NCBI GenBank assembly: GCA_000934665.2
Contig: KZ538264.1
Coordinates: 62,001-89,426, forward strand
DNA length: 27,426 bases
Origin: Catajapyx aquilonaris
Lineage: Eukaryota
Reading direction: 5' to 3'
Shown: piece by piece, positions 24,801 to 27,426 of the stretch
How the letters are laid out: each line of letters begins with the position of its first letter
How positions within the stretch are numbered: position 1 is the first letter of the stretch
Translations under genes and position numbers: made by a program
Notes under the pieces: generated by a model
What the model saw: only the letters and a program-made list of their open reading frames with translations
Database searches by the model: none
What the model was told of the DNA's origin: nothing

Positions 24801-26669
24801 GCTGGGGTGCACATCTCACGTCGATCCGCACCATACAGTTTGCGTGCTCTTTCCTGCTCATTTACTACCGCTGTCTGCTCCGTTTTCTCCATTTCAAATC
24901 CAGTTATCTCCGAATTTAGTATGGACCAAAAATCCGGATCGAACATTCCCTGCACCTTTTCATCGTAGAAAAGGCTTTATCCGTTTATCATCATTGCAGC
25001 AGTGACGCGTGCATCTACTGGCCTCGCTACTTGAAGGACTCAAGTGTAGTCATCATATGGCAGTCTTTCTCATCATACATTATTGAGGTATCTACGAAGC
25101 CACGAGACAATCCGGACTTCAGTCACCGCCTGTTTTACGACGTAGTTAACTCTCTCTTTGGCTCTCTTTCTCTTGGGGGACTCGAAAAAGAAAAAAAAAA
25201 TCAGTGCAGCAAGTGTATCTTCAGGGATAGGTTGGTTGGCCTACTCTACCACAATAGATCATCCCTTTTGCTCTCCGAATTCGCCCTAGATGCACTTTTC
25301 ATGTACAAACGCCCCAACCTTTTTTTTCTCTCTTCTCCCTGCCCTCTTTTTTTTATTCTAAAGGATGAACCGATTAGGCTTCCAGAAAGGTTTTTCCCTC
25401 TAGCACACTGCAGTACTAAATTTCCCCATTTGCCATTTCTTTTCGTGCCTGAAATTGGTACGTACCTCGCACTGAGAACCCGCACACCGCGACATTTATC
25501 TCAGAAAAAGAGGTCGAGGACCCAAAAACTAGGGAGTGTGCAAATGGAATCTGCCTTGGGAGGATAAATACCTCCAAATGGATAAAACTCTGATTCATCG
25601 CATAGAGCCGATAGAAATCCAGGAAAACGCGCCGCAGGGGATCCCGAACATTACGAATGAACACTAATTCACAAGCAAGCACAATTATCATCGTCCAAGA
25701 GACGCTCGGAATGGATTCGTCCCAGAAGAGCTTTTAGGGTGTTGTACGACGCGATAATTCCCGCAAAATAAATTAATACCGGGGCTTAGGGCGCAACCCT
25801 GGAGACTTTTCACTCAGGTGAAGTAATTAGAGAAATTGAATTACTTCCGTGTGCGGTGGAATAGAACCCATGGTTAGGTTATAAGCGTCAGAACCCGGGG
25901 TTCTTCTGTCAGATCAGTGATGGGCAAACACGTCACGTTATCAATCCCTTTGTGTCGAGCCCACGTGGACCCTAGGGATATTTTCATCGGTCCAAAATTC
26001 CAGGGATCATTAAGCCATGAAGTGACCTAGTTCCAAAGTCCCCACCCACATAAAATTTGTAGTGAAGCGGCACCTGATGCAAGATCGGTTTGGTTATTGG
26101 ACCAAGCTCGTTAAAATCCGATGGGTATGCACATTTTGCACGCGTCCACTATGTTTTTTTATTGTGTATATGTTTGCAAGCTGGGGCTTTTTCATATGTG
26201 TGTTTTTTCACCACATTCGATTACGCAAATTGCTGACTCGTCGATACACCCTTCCTGAACAAGTTATGCGAGCGAAAAAAATAGTGCTAGACAATTATTA
26301 TGAAGCGGGAGGGTACAAATTTAAAAAAAAAACATTTTAATTTCGGATATCAGCGGAAAACTTGAACCATTAGCGCAAAAGCTGCGGTGCAGGCTTTGAA
26401 ACAGTATAAGTGGGTCGTAAAACAAAGCAAAATAATGCAGGTCTGGAGGGAACTGCTGCCCTGATGCAATACTAACTGCTTGATTATAATGAGGACGGTA
26501 TATCCGATTACAAAATTATCCCGCCGCCTTAATCGCAAACCCGTACCAGAACCCGCACACCAGAAGCAATAAGAGCTGATAATTGTTTTCGAGCCCATTT
26601 AGTTACGGAATTTCTGGGTAGGAATAGAGTGAACTTTGTTACAATAATGGTTTACGCGAGGATGACGGT

Positions 26670-26710
26670 TTACTGGACATGAGACCAATAATTGGTCTCA
26701 TGTCCAGTAA
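26670..26710. repeat. Perfect 41-bp palindrome (20-bp arms, 1-nt spacer); possible transposon-end hairpin
   Basis: TTACTGGACATGAGACCAAT-A-ATTGGTCTCATGTCCAGTAA; the arms 26670-26689 and 26691-26710 are exact reverse complements. Confidence 0.95.
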
Positions 26711-27426
26711 TGCTGTAATTGCTCAGTAATACCTTATTATAACGGAAACTTGCCCATTATGGATTTTGTTTGTTTGTTATGTCGCAGGATTTTCAATGTC
26801 CTACATAATGAAGTTCATTGCAAAAGGATTATGATAAACAAAGCTATACTCCCTCATGGACAGATTTCACTGTACTTTGTGACACTGTCATTTGACTGTC
26901 AGCCATACCAAATCGTGTGCACCTGCAACATGTGGAATGACACACAATTGGCAGTCTGAGCAACCCTCCCCATTGTCAACAACGCGCAAATGACAAAACG
27001 TACTGTCACCTTACCTTTGCAGAAGCAGCAAGAAGTGATCGACTGCAATCAACTCGTGTCCCACACAAGAAGCTGGCCCTGCAAAAGATAAGTGCGGCAA
27101 TAACATGGAGGACCAAAAGAGTGGACATGGCAGTCGGAATGAAGTTTGCTCCAAAAGTATCCCCCAACCTTCCCCTTACTCTTCTCCCCCATTTGGCCAT
27201 GCAGCCAACCAATGCCATTTGTTATTGGCCGTTCCCAGCCAACAGCAGCAGCCTGTGACAATGGCACCCACCGGGAATTCATTCGAAAGCGGCTTTTAAA
27301 ACGTCACGTTTCATATCATTGCCCACTTGGCCCCCACAGCCCTCCCTTTTCATTCTCCGCCTGTGGGGGGTGGCTGGAGGGTGGGAAGGCAGCAGGGGGC
27401 AATGAATATACGGCCAGGCAGGGGGG

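Noticed and set aside
24548..24955. 135-aa minus-strand ORF with a protein-like N-terminal part
   Set aside because: GTG start, an in-frame stop a few codons upstream, and no recognisable family or clear splice sites. It cannot be supported without a homology search.
25031..25567. Longest ORF (178 aa)
   Set aside because: TTG start, Phe/Leu/Lys-rich from T and A runs, no recognisable motif, and it lies in stutter-textured sequence.
1..27426. Prokaryotic or phage-type systems (CRISPR array, operon, defence island, retron)
   Set aside because: No repeat-spacer periodicity, no gene-dense coding and no long ORFs. The microsatellites and SINE/MITE/HINE-like pieces indicate eukaryotic non-coding DNA.

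Overview
This window looks like non-coding eukaryotic genomic DNA, probably an animal (likely invertebrate) intergenic or large-intron region. I cannot identify the species. None of the six-frame ORFs (max 178 aa) resembles a protein I recognise. I see no operon, rRNA, intact tRNA or CRISPR array. What the sequence does support is a set of small non-autonomous mobile-element pieces and repeats: (1) a 248-bp fold-back Tc1/mariner-type MITE with a TA target duplication (21609-21856); (2) three rearranged Helentron/HINE(DINE-1)-like 5' ends around a G-rich spacer, including a perfect 33-bp-arm hairpin (1208-1498); (3) a perfect 41-bp palindrome that may be another HINE-type end (26670-26710); (4) a tRNA-derived SINE-like relic (about 4622-4886); (5) an (AAT)27 microsatellite, short tandem duplications and a 51-N gap. 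Many patches show an excess of doubled bases, which suggests locally error-prone assembly, so the absence of ORFs there is weak evidence. I cannot support a previously undescribed biological system from this sequence alone. The best leads are the chimeric HINE-like hairpin, the fold-back MITE and a possible cis-regulatory signal (five perfect CRE palindromes, one Sox/POU/homeodomain motif cluster).
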